Source of the DNA: a virus
IMG/VR virus record: IMGVR_UViG_3300017917_003637
Coordinates: 1-64,000 of that record
Strand: one strand, 5' to 3'
Length of the DNA stretch: 64,000 nucleotides
Below are positions 1 through 9,173 of the stretch, piece by piece (position 1 is the stretch's first letter; each line of letters starts with the position of its first letter). Made by a program: the position numbers and the translations under genes. The notes beneath the pieces were generated by a model that ran no database searches, was not told where the DNA came from, and saw only the letters and a list, made by a program, of their open reading frames with translations.

Positions 1-468
1 AATTCCGATAACACCATTAGCGTTGAAGTTGGTAGCGACTATTCAAGAAGTCCAAGAAAATCCCAACTATTTGTAAACGAACAAGGGTTAAGCGCCCAAG
101 TCGAGCAGTTTTGGAAATCAATCAAAACCAAGAAGTTATTGGCAATGCGAGTTAACTTTGAGGAAATCGATTGGTACGATGATGAGGTTGATGTTTACGA
201 AACACCAATCATTAAAATTGAACGTGGGTTAAAGCGTGCTAAGGTAACGCACCGCAATCATGGTAGCGTTCCAAAGGATTGGGGTATCACCGCTTATTTC
301 AAGTTTGCCGATACAACAACCAACACGCCAATCCTTGAGGTTGTTGAGAGTTTGTTGGGATATAATTTGTCAACCGATATAAAGGTTGAATTTTGTAAGA
401 AACTTAAACCATTTTTACGCAAGGAAAAATCAGCGTTAAGTTGTTACAATAGCGGTGAAGAAGATTAA
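1..468 (+). CDS. hypothetical early protein, 5' partial
   Basis: Frame of ORF 139..468 is open back to base 1; followed by a terminator hairpin at 501-535. Confidence 0.6.
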   Translation, partial: NSDNTISVEVGSDYSRSPRKSQLFVNEQGLSAQVEQFWKSIKTKKLLAMRVNFEEIDWYDDEVDVYETPIIKIERGLKRAKVTHRNHGSVPKDWGITAYFKFADTTTNTPILEVVESLLGYNLSTDIKVEFCKKLKPFLRKEKSALSCYNSGEED

Positions 469-500
469 ATAATTTAGTTTCTCTCTATTTTTATATTTGG

Positions 501-535
501 AAAGTCCGTACTCGTAATGGGTACGGATTTTTTTT
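501..535 (+). terminator. intrinsic terminator
   Basis: GTCCGTAC/GTACGGAT stem plus T8; near-duplicate at 1388-1423. Confidence 0.8.
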
Positions 536-619
536 AACAAAATTTTAACATTTTATAATTTGGTGGGTTAAAAAATTGTTATAACTTTGCACCATAATAA
601 CCAATTAATTTATTTTATT

Positions 620-1375
620 ATGACAATCGAAATTAAAAATTTAGCAAAAGTAATCGAAGAAAAAAAACAAACACTCGATTATCAAAAGTACAAAACCCTT
701 GAAGGGGTATCAAGAAAAGTAAACGATGCTCACGTTAGGGAAATTATGGAAAGTATGGCAATGTATGGGGCGGAAGCAACTACAATTATCATTCTTGAAA
801 CCACAGCGTTTGGTGGTCGTAAAATCCGATTTAACGCTGACGGAAATCACAGAAGTGTATCGGGAAGTTCGTTAGGTTTACCATTGGATTTAAAAGTGGT
901 TAAACTAACGGAAGACACGCAAGAAAACGTTAAGCATTTTATTTCGTGCTTAAATAACAAGGTTAAGCGTTGGACAAACCCAATGTATTTGGAAATCTAC
1001 GTTGCTGGGGAAATTCGAGAGTATGTGAAGTTCAAACAGCTAATGGAAGAAACCAAACTAACCATTACTGACTTGTTGTTTATCTACACAGGTAGCGGTA
1101 GCACAAAGGATTTTCAGTTGGGTACTCTTACGTTCAAGAACGAAAAAGAGAGCGACAAGAAACTTGAACAAGTTAAACGTATGTTGGGTTATTTGCCAAA
1201 GCACTCGTTCACTCGTCGAGGTGTTTGGGGAATAATGAAAAAGACTGACAACTATAAGAAGTTGGCTACTGAAATTATCAAGTTTGCCAAGGACAAACAA
1301 AACGAATTTTCGGCTGACGAAAAAACGTTCAAAGGTCAGTTGTTGGATATATACAACAACACTTTTTCTGAATAA
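620..1375 (+). CDS. ParB/Srx-like (DGQHR-type) N-terminal domain protein
   Basis: RKVNDAHV and DGNHR motifs; ATG at 620 lies downstream of the promoter, whereas the track's TTG at 587 lies inside the -7 box. Confidence 0.6.
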   Translation: MTIEIKNLAKVIEEKKQTLDYQKYKTLEGVSRKVNDAHVREIMESMAMYGAEATTIIILETTAFGGRKIRFNADGNHRSVSGSSLGLPLDLKVVKLTEDTQENVKHFISCLNNKVKRWTNPMYLEIYVAGEIREYVKFKQLMEETKLTITDLLFIYTGSGSTKDFQLGTLTFKNEKESDKKLEQVKRMLGYLPKHSFTRRGVWGIMKKTDNYKKLATEIIKFAKDKQNEFSADEKTFKGQLLDIYNNTFSE

Positions 1376-1501
1376 ATTTAATTGGTTAAAAATCCGTATC
1401 TGTAATGGGTGCGGATTTTTTTTAAAAAAGTTTGTAAAAAGTTTGGTGGTTTAAAAAATTGTTATATCTTTGCAGTACCAAATCATTAAAACCTACAAGT
1501 T

Positions 1502-1690
1502 ATGACAACAACAGAATTTGAAATCCGTACACTTGAAGATTCAATCAAAAGAATTTTCTACAAAAAAGAACTTACCCAAGATGATGTTACACTTGCCAAT
1601 AAATTTATTGCCAAATGGAAACTACTAACAAATTGGGTTGAACGAACTGAATTTCCAATCGTGTTTCCCGAATGCTATATGTTAAGATAA
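1502..1690 (+). CDS. hypothetical early protein
   Basis: ORF with its own promoter at 1442. Confidence 0.7.
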   Translation: MTTTEFEIRTLEDSIKRIFYKKELTQDDVTLANKFIAKWKLLTNWVERTEFPIVFPECYMLR

Positions 1691-1712
1691 CCAACTAAAT
1701 TATATACCAATT

Positions 1713-2285
1713 ATGAAAAACTTTTTTTTAAAATTATCGTTATTCCTTTGTGGAATTTGTGTTGCACAACCAATGCCACCACAACTATCATTCGTGGAAT
1801 ATACCACAATGAAATATAATGCAAAAGACAAAATTGAACTACCCGCTAAATTTATTCGGGCAGACTTCAACTATGGATTTGAAAACACGCTCGACTTTCA
1901 CGTTGTAAAGGGCAAGAACAAAAACCTTATTGGGGTTGGATTTTCGACCTATATCGGGAATGATGTTAAGGGTAAATCAATCGGTGCTGACTTCGGTTAC
2001 AACTATCTTAATTCTTATGAGGTAAGGGATAAAGCGTATTATATATTGTTGGGTAAACAAATTAAACGACTATCGGTTAGTGCCAAGTTGGGGATATATA
2101 CCGTTGCCGATTATAATAACTATATTCTTTCGGGAAATCCGAATATCTACTATGCCAAAGTCAATACCGATGTTGAGTTTCAGTATGGCGGTCATTTGAG
2201 TTGGTCAGCCAATCGGACAACGGGTATTGCGTTGGGTTGGGATAAATTTAACGGGGTTACCATTGGTGTAACAACGTTATTTTAG
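1713..2285 (+). CDS. putative outer-membrane beta-barrel protein
   Basis: N-terminal signal peptide (MKNFFLKLSLFLCGICVA/Q), alternating Gly/aromatic strands, C-terminal Phe (GVTTLF). Confidence 0.55.
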   Translation: MKNFFLKLSLFLCGICVAQPMPPQLSFVEYTTMKYNAKDKIELPAKFIRADFNYGFENTLDFHVVKGKNKNLIGVGFSTYIGNDVKGKSIGADFGYNYLNSYEVRDKAYYILLGKQIKRLSVSAKLGIYTVADYNNYILSGNPNIYYAKVNTDVEFQYGGHLSWSANRTTGIALGWDKFNGVTIGVTTLF

Positions 2286-2380
2286 GGGAGCTTTTCTTTG
2301 TAGGAAAAAAAGTTGGGTTAACATTTGGTTAACCCAATTTTATTCTATACCTTTGCAATGTTAAACCAATTAAATTATAT

Positions 2381-2779
2381 ATGGAAGCAATAGAAATTAT
2401 AAAGGACTTAGTTATAAAAGAGAGCGGTGTTGATATAACGCAGAAAACAAGATGCCGAAATGTTATCGAGGTAAGGAGTTTGTTTTATAACGTTGCTAAG
2501 ACACTTAAGCCAATGGAAAGCTATTCCGCTATTGGTAGAAGTGTTGGAGTTAATCACGCTACTGTATTGCATTCGTTGGGTATGTATGAAGTTTATAGCA
2601 CATATAACAAAGCATTAAATAATTTAAAGCAATCTATTATAAATCGATATAGAATAGAGCATAAGTACTATGCGGTTCATTCTATTGATGATGAAATAGA
2701 ATTGTTGGAAAAACGAATTGCTGAATTGAGGGAGTTAAAAAATATTTTAGAAAATGAGAAAAAAAATTTGGTAGTTTAA
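2381..2779 (+). CDS. DnaA C-terminal (domain IV)-like HTH protein
   Basis: TRCRNVIEVR...YSAIGRSVGVNHATVLHS matches the DnaA domain IV signature (IG..F..RDHTTV.H); C-terminal coiled coil. Confidence 0.7.
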   Translation: MEAIEIIKDLVIKESGVDITQKTRCRNVIEVRSLFYNVAKTLKPMESYSAIGRSVGVNHATVLHSLGMYEVYSTYNKALNNLKQSIINRYRIEHKYYAVHSIDDEIELLEKRIAELRELKNILENEKKNLVV

Positions 2780-2827
2780 AAAATTGTTATATCTTTGCAT
2801 CGTTAAACCAATTAAAGCATTAGAGTT

Positions 2828-3028
2828 ATGGCAGAATACATTGTATTATCCCCTGATGGCATATCCATTGACCGAGAGGAAACATATCCAACACATGAAA
2901 TTGCCTTGGAAAAAACAAAAGAATGGGCAAAGCAATTTGAAAGACAAGGTTACTATTCAAGTAACAATGGTAGAATACCACTCAATGAATTAATTGACCA
3001 TTGTAGAATTGTAAGAATAACCGCATAA
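2828..3028 (+). CDS. hypothetical early protein
   Basis: ATG follows promoter at 2767 and an AACCAATTAA leader. Confidence 0.7.
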   Translation: MAEYIVLSPDGISIDREETYPTHEIALEKTKEWAKQFERQGYYSSNNGRIPLNELIDHCRIVRITA

Positions 3029-3058
3029 ATTTATTCGGTTACAAAATATTATATCCAG

Positions 3059-3284
3059 TTTTTTTAGTTCCCTTACGAACCTAAGAAATCCTTGCTTGTC
3101 GGCAATGTAGGCCTTACCTTATGCGAAGACAATAGTCTTTGTTAACTAGTGGTTTTAGTGAGGGCAACCTGAGGGTTGATAATAGATATTAGCTAGCAAT
3201 AAGGTAAAAGACTGACTCAGATAATTCTGAAACTTAATGTACATTATGGTGTTGGGGTGGCTTAAACCACCCCATTACTTTTTT
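3059..3284 (+). ncRNA. candidate structured non-coding RNA
   Basis: ORF-free and more GC-rich than its flanks; 9-bp long-range helix 3114-3122/3199-3207, GCAA tetraloop hairpin 3161-3170, further hairpins, ends in terminator 3253-3284. Confidence 0.45.
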
Positions 3285-3366
3285 AACAAAATTTTAACAC
3301 TTTTTTATTTGGTGGGTTAAAAAATTGTTATACATTTGCATCGTTAATCAATTAAATCATTATACA

Positions 3367-3945
3367 ATGGAACAAAACATTTTAAATGCCTTACAAAATC
3401 TTGAGGGTGAAATTAAAGCAACAAACTTAACATCGGGGTTATCTTTTGAGTTCGGTGGAGAAGTTAAAATTGAGCGTGGTGCTTTCAGCATGGAAATTAA
3501 CTTTTACGCAAAACTTTACGAAACCAAACACAAAGGGATAATTTCACTTGATGATTGGGACGTTAATGATACTTATTGCCACAACCTAAACGGATTGCCA
3601 ATCGACAACATTTCAGCTTTCAAACAAAAGTTGAATGAATGGGGATTGGGAAGTGTGAGTAACAAATTAGACTTTTCAACTCAAGAGCAAAGACAAGCTA
3701 TTTGTATGGCAATACAACAAAGCGATGATGTTAAACGAGTGTTTGGCAAAAAAGTCAAAGTATGGGACTTGCTTTCAGTTGACGAACAAAAGTTGTTGGA
3801 CTTGCAATACATTGTTGAAAACTTCAAAAATTGTGGCGACCACTTGAAAAAAGAAGTTGCCAAGCATTATAAGATTGGCGAACAACCTCAAGAAAATCCA
3901 ACGCTTGACCAATTCCAAGAAAAATTGGCAGAGTTAAGCAAATAA
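3367..3945 (+). CDS. hypothetical early protein
   Basis: ATG at 3367 after promoter at 3308. Confidence 0.75.
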   Translation: MEQNILNALQNLEGEIKATNLTSGLSFEFGGEVKIERGAFSMEINFYAKLYETKHKGIISLDDWDVNDTYCHNLNGLPIDNISAFKQKLNEWGLGSVSNKLDFSTQEQRQAICMAIQQSDDVKRVFGKKVKVWDLLSVDEQKLLDLQYIVENFKNCGDHLKKEVAKHYKIGEQPQENPTLDQFQEKLAELSK

Positions 3946-4046
3946 TTCTACTCTCTCTATATACCCAAAAAATCGGCACAATCATTTGGTTGTGTCGATT
4001 TTTATTCTTATCTTTGCATCGTTAAACCAATTAAATTGAATGACCT

Positions 4047-4259
4047 ATGGCAGAACAAACAAACCCACAAGATGAAAAAGTTGAAATTCCAACTGACTTG
4101 TTTTTGGATATGACCTTAACATTTCAAAGACTTGCAAATAAATTTAATTGCAACGATGGGCAATTAGATGAAGTTGATTTGGATTGGGCGTATTTCCACA
4201 AATTAGCACGAAGAAGCAAATTTGTTGCCGAAAAAATGGGTGCGAATTTTGAAAGTTAA
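4047..4259 (+). CDS. hypothetical early protein
   Basis: ORF after promoter at 3985. Confidence 0.7.
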   Translation: MAEQTNPQDEKVEIPTDLFLDMTLTFQRLANKFNCNDGQLDEVDLDWAYFHKLARRSKFVAEKMGANFES

Positions 4260-4304
4260 AAAATTATCCTTATCTTTGCACCACCAATTTAAAATGACAG
4301 AATT

Positions 4305-4526
4305 ATGGCAAGATTTATTCTCGATGTTGCAAACCTTATGCCACATCAAATTAAACAACTACAAGATGAAATTTTCGATAAAACACTTGTAAGGAATTGT
4401 ATTGCAACAATGCACTGCATTGATGAAACCAATAACAATCAATTTCACCAAGATTTTGACGAGGGCGATACCAACGAACTTTCAGCAGAACAAATTGAGA
4501 ACTTTAAAAAAGTGTGTAACCAATAA
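4305..4526 (+). CDS. hypothetical early protein
   Basis: ORF after promoter at 4248. Confidence 0.7.
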   Translation: MARFILDVANLMPHQIKQLQDEIFDKTLVRNCIATMHCIDETNNNQFHQDFDEGDTNELSAEQIENFKKVCNQ

Positions 4527-4538
4527 ATTAAATGACGT

Positions 4539-4841
4539 ATGGAGTTGATACTTGAAGCGATTGAATTAAATCATCCCTCAGCAAATCAAGATAGCACGTA
4601 TGACGTGTTTTTAAAAGATAAAACAGCAGTAAACAAACCCAAGTTTATTGCAGTAGAAAATAATGGTAGCCAACGCTTAATATTTGAGTTGTCGGGCGAC
4701 CCCAAACTTATCGCAAAGAACTTTAGAAAACCCATTTTAAAGTATCGGTTAGCAACCGTTACGGACGAAGATAAAGTTAGTCTTGCAGATATTTTTATGT
4801 ATGGTAAATTTAATTTGTTGGTTGACCATAACCTCGATTAA
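4539..4841 (+). CDS. hypothetical early protein
   Basis: Second cistron; terminator at 4858-4888. Confidence 0.7.
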   Translation: MELILEAIELNHPSANQDSTYDVFLKDKTAVNKPKFIAVENNGSQRLIFELSGDPKLIAKNFRKPILKYRLATVTDEDKVSLADIFMYGKFNLLVDHNLD

Positions 4842-4990
4842 TTTAATTGGTGTGATTATCCCCGCTGAAAAGCGGGGATTTCTTTTTTAAAAAAAGTTGT
4901 TAAATAATTTGGTAGTGTAAAATAATTGTTATACATTTGCAGCGTACACTTTTGTGTCATACGCGTGTAACCAATTAAATTAAATCAGTT

Positions 4991-5314
4991 ATGGACTATA
5001 CTAACGAAAATCTTATTGCATTAGACGATAAATATGGTTTTGAATTTGGTAAGAAGTACAAGGTTGTTTCTGACAATGGCCGTGAATTAGAGTTTGAGAA
5101 CGGACAACGTTTCTTCAAAGATACTATTCATTTGCATTTTGGCAAGGGGTATCCAGAACTATTTGCGAGAGTAAATTATATTGTTGGTCTTAAAGAAATT
5201 GAAAATCATAAAATGTGTATTGAGAATATAAGATTGGATAATAGAATTACCGACAATAAAAAGAAGTTTACCGAAAACGAAAAGTATATTAACCGACTAA
5301 AAAAACTTTTATAA
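4991..5314 (+). CDS. hypothetical early protein
   Basis: ORF after promoter at 4908. Confidence 0.7.
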   Translation: MDYTNENLIALDDKYGFEFGKKYKVVSDNGRELEFENGQRFFKDTIHLHFGKGYPELFARVNYIVGLKEIENHKMCIENIRLDNRITDNKKKFTENEKYINRLKKLL

Positions 5315-5376
5315 AAAAGTTTGGTAGTTTAAAAAATTGTTATACCTTTGCACCAACCAATTAAATTAATACAATT

Positions 5377-5646
5377 ATGGCAAGACAATTTACAGAACGA
5401 ATAGAATACAAAAACACTCGCTTTGAAAACAAAGCGGGAGTTGAGTTTGACCAAGAGAATTGGAACGAACTTTGGAACAAGGGCATTATGAACAGCAACG
5501 ATGTTGATAAGGCTGACGATTGGGAAACCACATTCCCGCCAAACAAATGGGGTACAAAGTATTCAAAGTATATGTATTCCCCAAGCCTTGACCGATTGAG
5601 AGCGTGTACCTTTGGGGAGTTTTATGGTGGTGGTATTGTTGATTAA
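5377..5646 (+). CDS. hypothetical early protein
   Basis: ORF after promoter at 5320. Confidence 0.7.
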   Translation: MARQFTERIEYKNTRFENKAGVEFDQENWNELWNKGIMNSNDVDKADDWETTFPPNKWGTKYSKYMYSPSLDRLRACTFGEFYGGGIVD

Positions 5647-5658
5647 ATCCGATATATT

Positions 5659-5802
5659 ATGAAACTAATTATATTTGCTTTGTTTGGCGCATTGTTTATC
5701 TTTGCGGTGGTTGTTCTTGTCATTATGAATATGGCGTTGAACGTGGATATTTGTGCAAGAGAACACGAAGAAATTTTTTATGACAATGATTTGGATATTT
5801 AA
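5659..5802 (+). CDS. small single-pass membrane protein (47 aa, not in ORF track)
   Basis: MKLIIFALFGALFIFAVVVLVIMNMALNVDICAREHEEIFYDNDLDI; fills the gap between genes and has an AT-rich leader. Confidence 0.55.
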   Translation: MKLIIFALFGALFIFAVVVLVIMNMALNVDICAREHEEIFYDNDLDI

Positions 5803-5849
5803 AAAATTGTTATATCTTTGCACCGTTAAACCAATTAAATTATATCGTT

Positions 5850-6257
5850 ATGGTAACTAAAGAACAGAAAAAAGAATTTGCGCTATCACAATTAGCACCT
5901 TATTTGGCAGACCCAAGCACTTGTGGGTATGATGCAGAAAAGAAAAATTGTGAATACATTACACCCGATGGTCGTATGTGTGTTGCAGGTAAGAATATGT
6001 TAGACCCTACGCAAGAAAACATTTGGGGAAACATTGAAGATATATTGTCAGCAAATAACGAGGAACAAGAGGGGATTTTTAAACCCGAAGTTGTAGGAAT
6101 TTTAAGCAATGAGGATTGGACAGATATGCAAAGTGTTCACGATTGTATTGCGTTAAACCCAACCAATATTGATGAACTTAAAGAACGAATTGACCGATTA
6201 GGTTTATTCAGTTATGAGGAACTTGTTGAACGTGCAGAAAGTCTAAAAAAAGTTTAA
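5850..6257 (+). CDS. hypothetical early protein (C-x-Y...C-VAG motif)
   Basis: ORF after promoter at 5790. Confidence 0.75.
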   Translation: MVTKEQKKEFALSQLAPYLADPSTCGYDAEKKNCEYITPDGRMCVAGKNMLDPTQENIWGNIEDILSANNEEQEGIFKPEVVGILSNEDWTDMQSVHDCIALNPTNIDELKERIDRLGLFSYEELVERAESLKKV

Positions 6258-6321
6258 AATAAATTTGGTGGTGTAAATTATTTGTTATACATTTGCACCA
6301 CCAATTAAAAACACTAGCATT

Positions 6322-6576
6322 ATGAAAAAAATTAAATGGCACAAATTATTTATTGTTGCATTATTTATTTGGGTTGCCAACTCAATAGCAACAATGAAGC
6401 TAAACCGAGTTACAACTATTGGACTTGCAATCCTATTGGCAACCTTGTTTGTGAGTTGCGGTTCAAGTTGTAGAAGTACAAAACGCTATTGGAGAAAACA
6501 CCGTTGCGTGGAAAACCATAGAGTTATCAAAGACAAAATCCCAACGTACAAGTACAATGGGATTGCAATGAAATAA
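6322..6576 (+). CDS. small putative lipoprotein/membrane protein
   Basis: Hydrophobic segments; in-frame ATG at 6394 gives MKLNRVTTIGLAILLATLFVS-C (lipobox-like) and a basic tail. Confidence 0.55.
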   Translation: MKKIKWHKLFIVALFIWVANSIATMKLNRVTTIGLAILLATLFVSCGSSCRSTKRYWRKHRCVENHRVIKDKIPTYKYNGIAMK

Positions 6577-6660
6577 CACAACTATTTCATTAAAGTAAAA
6601 ACAACGTTTCCCCAGTTTTTTGTGGCGGTGCACCGCCGAGGTTTTATAAGGAAGCAATTA

Positions 6661-6744
6661 GGGAGTGCGCCAGAGTTGGAGAGCTGGGGCAGACTGTAAA
6701 TCTGTTGCCTTTGGGCTGAGTAGGTTCGAATCCTACCACTCTCA
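6661..6744 (+). tRNA. tRNA-Tyr (GTA)
   Basis: Acceptor GGGAGTG/CACTCTC, anticodon arm GCAGA-CTGTAAA-TCTGT, long variable arm, T arm GTAGG-TTCGAAT-CCTAC, discriminator A, no encoded CCA. Confidence 0.93.
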
Positions 6745-6810
6745 CAAATTATGTTTATTGTTCCTGCTTTACGATAAATTTAATTGGTTAAACTAAATTT
6801 TGACAAATTT

Positions 6811-6840
6811 TCCCCGTAGCAATACGGGGATTTTTTTTTT
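6811..6840 (+). terminator. intrinsic terminator
   Basis: TCCCCGTA-GCAA-TACGGGGA plus T10. Confidence 0.9.
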
Positions 6841-6911
6841 GCAAAGATATTTGGTAGTGTAAAATAATTGTTATATATTTGCATCAGTTAAACCAATTAA
6901 TTTATTCAGTT

Positions 6912-7175
6912 ATGACACACGAACAATTATTCAACGCATCAGAGCAACAACTTGCAGACTTTTGCCAAGCCAACATCAACAACAAAATGCAGTTGACCCT
7001 CAAAGGGCAAGGCAACTTTCAACACATTTCAGCAGTAGGCTTGAATATCTGTTGTGTGAGTGTTAGAATTATGGGCAAAGATAAGTATTACTACTTTGGT
7101 TGCATCAGAGCGCACATATATAATGAACTATTATATAAGTTCGACCACCGACACAAACGCAGTAGAGCGCAATAA
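6912..7175 (+). CDS. hypothetical early protein
   Basis: ATG at 6912 after promoter at 6850; terminator 7183-7210. Confidence 0.7.
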   Translation: MTHEQLFNASEQQLADFCQANINNKMQLTLKGQGNFQHISAVGLNICCVSVRIMGKDKYYYFGCIRAHIYNELLYKFDHRHKRSRAQ

Positions 7176-7273
7176 ATTAAATAACCCACTTGTAAAAAAG
7201 TGGGTTTTTTATTTGGTAGTTAAAATAATTGTTATATCTTTGCATCAGTTAAACCAATTAAAGAATTTGAGTT

Positions 7274-7705
7274 ATGTTAAACGCTAAAATTAACCTTGAC
7301 GAAGTAGTACACCTTATTCCAATTACAGAAGACTTATTCACAAAGTATCGAATAGTGAATGAATTGGCAGGGATGTCTTTAGAAGTTAACCCTTTGTTAA
7401 ACCCAAAAAAAGAAGAATTAAAAAATATACCAATTATCAATTGGGATAAAGAAGATTTTAAGGATAAAACCCATACAGAAATTGAATTGGTTTTAGCTGA
7501 AAAAGAAAAAGAATTTGAAAATTTACTTCAAATCGAAATCGTTAAGGCATTAAACCTAGATTTAAAAGAGGGTTTTAATATCTTTTTTGGCGATTCTTAC
7601 ATTTGCAAAGATAGTGATAACTTTGTTATTCATTATGATGCCGAACTTTGTGAGTTTGACCGAGATGAATATTATGAAGATGTGATTAATGATATATTAG
7701 AGTAA
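7274..7705 (+). CDS. hypothetical acidic early protein
   Basis: ORF after promoter at 7212. Confidence 0.75.
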   Translation: MLNAKINLDEVVHLIPITEDLFTKYRIVNELAGMSLEVNPLLNPKKEELKNIPIINWDKEDFKDKTHTEIELVLAEKEKEFENLLQIEIVKALNLDLKEGFNIFFGDSYICKDSDNFVIHYDAELCEFDRDEYYEDVINDILE

Positions 7706-7741
7706 ATTATAATTGCACCAACCCAATAAATTAAATCAGTT

Positions 7742-8041
7742 ATGAGTGAATTATCCAAACAAACAGAAATAGACGAAGCCGTATTGGTATGGCGAGTGAA
7801 TACCGCACAATTACTCAAAGAAGTAATGAGCAACAATGAAACCGCAATGCTTTCAAAACCTCTTGTTATATTTGGTAGAATACTGGCAGAAGTGGGAGAG
7901 AGAGCCGCTGAATTAAATGACCCTAAATTAAACGCCCTTATGTGTCGTTTGGCGATATATGAAGTTGCTGACCCATATAGCAAAGAATATGACGAAAAAC
8001 TTACCAACGATACCATTAGAGCCGCTTATAAAAAAAACTGA
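7742..8041 (+). CDS. hypothetical early protein
   Basis: ORF with a degenerate leader/promoter remnant at about 7700-7740. Confidence 0.7.
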   Translation: MSELSKQTEIDEAVLVWRVNTAQLLKEVMSNNETAMLSKPLVIFGRILAEVGERAAELNDPKLNALMCRLAIYEVADPYSKEYDEKLTNDTIRAAYKKN

Positions 8042-8108
8042 AAATAATTTGGTAGATTAAATAATTGTTATACCTTTGCACCAATTAACCAATTAAAGTA
8101 AACGACTT

Positions 8109-8558
8109 ATGTATTTAACACCTGAACTTAAAGCGTATTACCAAAAAGACTTTATGGAAAACGTATTGCCTTGCACCGATGAAGAATGGGCGTTGCACCC
8201 AAGTCTTGTTGATTTGTGTAAACAAATTAATAAAAACCCACACGTTCAAACCATATTTTCACGAAAAGCAAAAAAAGGTGAAGAATGGAGTTATTTGTTT
8301 TTTTCAGCCGATGAAGTTGGAGAGAAATTGCTTGAAAAATTAGCCGATAAATTAAATGATAAAAACCTACTTGAAGCGTATTATGTTAATGAGCCGAGAG
8401 AGTTCATTAGCGGTTCAAATGGTTCTATTGAAATGGGTTGCTTAACCAATGTAAACTATTTCAATGTTAATGTATATTGTTTTGAATTTATTTCCTATGA
8501 TAGATTAAAACAAAAAGAATTTTGGAGAGAAATTAAAAAGTTTGCAAATCAAATATAA
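8109..8558 (+). CDS. hypothetical early protein
   Basis: ORF after promoter at 8048. Confidence 0.75.
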   Translation: MYLTPELKAYYQKDFMENVLPCTDEEWALHPSLVDLCKQINKNPHVQTIFSRKAKKGEEWSYLFFSADEVGEKLLEKLADKLNDKNLLEAYYVNEPREFISGSNGSIEMGCLTNVNYFNVNVYCFEFISYDRLKQKEFWREIKKFANQI

Positions 8559-8636
8559 TTGTTATACCTTGTGGTGTCAGTGTACACATTTGTGTCTAAC
8601 CCCTACACGTATATAACGTAATAAATTATATCAATT

Positions 8637-8897
8637 ATGATAAGAGCAAATATCTGTAAATGCAACAAGTGTGATAACACGCTTATTGATAACAACCCTC
8701 AAATCAACGCACCAATGTTTTCCTTAATCGGAAACGAATTACAAATGGCATGGAGCGAAATTGAACAAGCGTGGGTTTGCCCTAAATGCAAAACCGATGA
8801 GTTTCTGACCGATGTTGATGAAAGACCCAACGACAACGTGAACGTGCAAGGACTAATCGGACAACGAGCCTATCAATACGCACACGCTCACGCGTAG
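8637..8897 (+). CDS. small zinc-ribbon protein
   Basis: CNKC...CPKC pairs. Confidence 0.65.
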   Translation: MIRANICKCNKCDNTLIDNNPQINAPMFSLIGNELQMAWSEIEQAWVCPKCKTDEFLTDVDERPNDNVNVQGLIGQRAYQYAHAHA

Positions 8898-8986
8898 TAA
8901 ATAAATTAAACAACACACGCGCATAGACGTATGCGCGATATGAGTATGCGCATACACACAAGCACACACGCTTACGTATGCGCATA
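8878..8986. repeat. alternating purine-pyrimidine tract with palindromes
   Basis: CACACGC/TATGCGCATA units; hairpin CGCGCATA-GACG-TATGCGCG; palindrome GTATGCGCATAC at 8944-8955. Confidence 0.7.
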
Positions 8987-9173
8987 TCTTAATATTGACA
9001 ATATATACGTTTCTTTGAAATACTGAAATAAATCCGATAAAAGTTATTAACAATTTTATAAGGGCATTGTTAATAATTATATTGCACAATTTTTAATAAT
9101 ATATTTGGTTATTAAATATATCATCGTATATTTGCATCGCAATAATGCAGTAAACCAATTAAATTTTTTAAAA

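Noticed and set aside
3212-3233. Hammerhead ribozyme core (CTGA...GAAAC)
   Set aside because: It lacks the required CUGANGA sequence and the flanking stems are not evident.
8782-9089. Minus-strand ORFs rich in Cys/Val/Arg
   Set aside because: They arise from the alternating purine-pyrimidine tract and oppose the unidirectional early array.
587-9173. TTG-started N-terminal extensions and overlapping ORFs (587, 2784, 3325, 6879, 7060, 9105)
   Set aside because: Most of these starts fall inside the repeated promoter boxes and 7060 runs across a terminator and promoter; the real ATGs lie downstream of the leaders.
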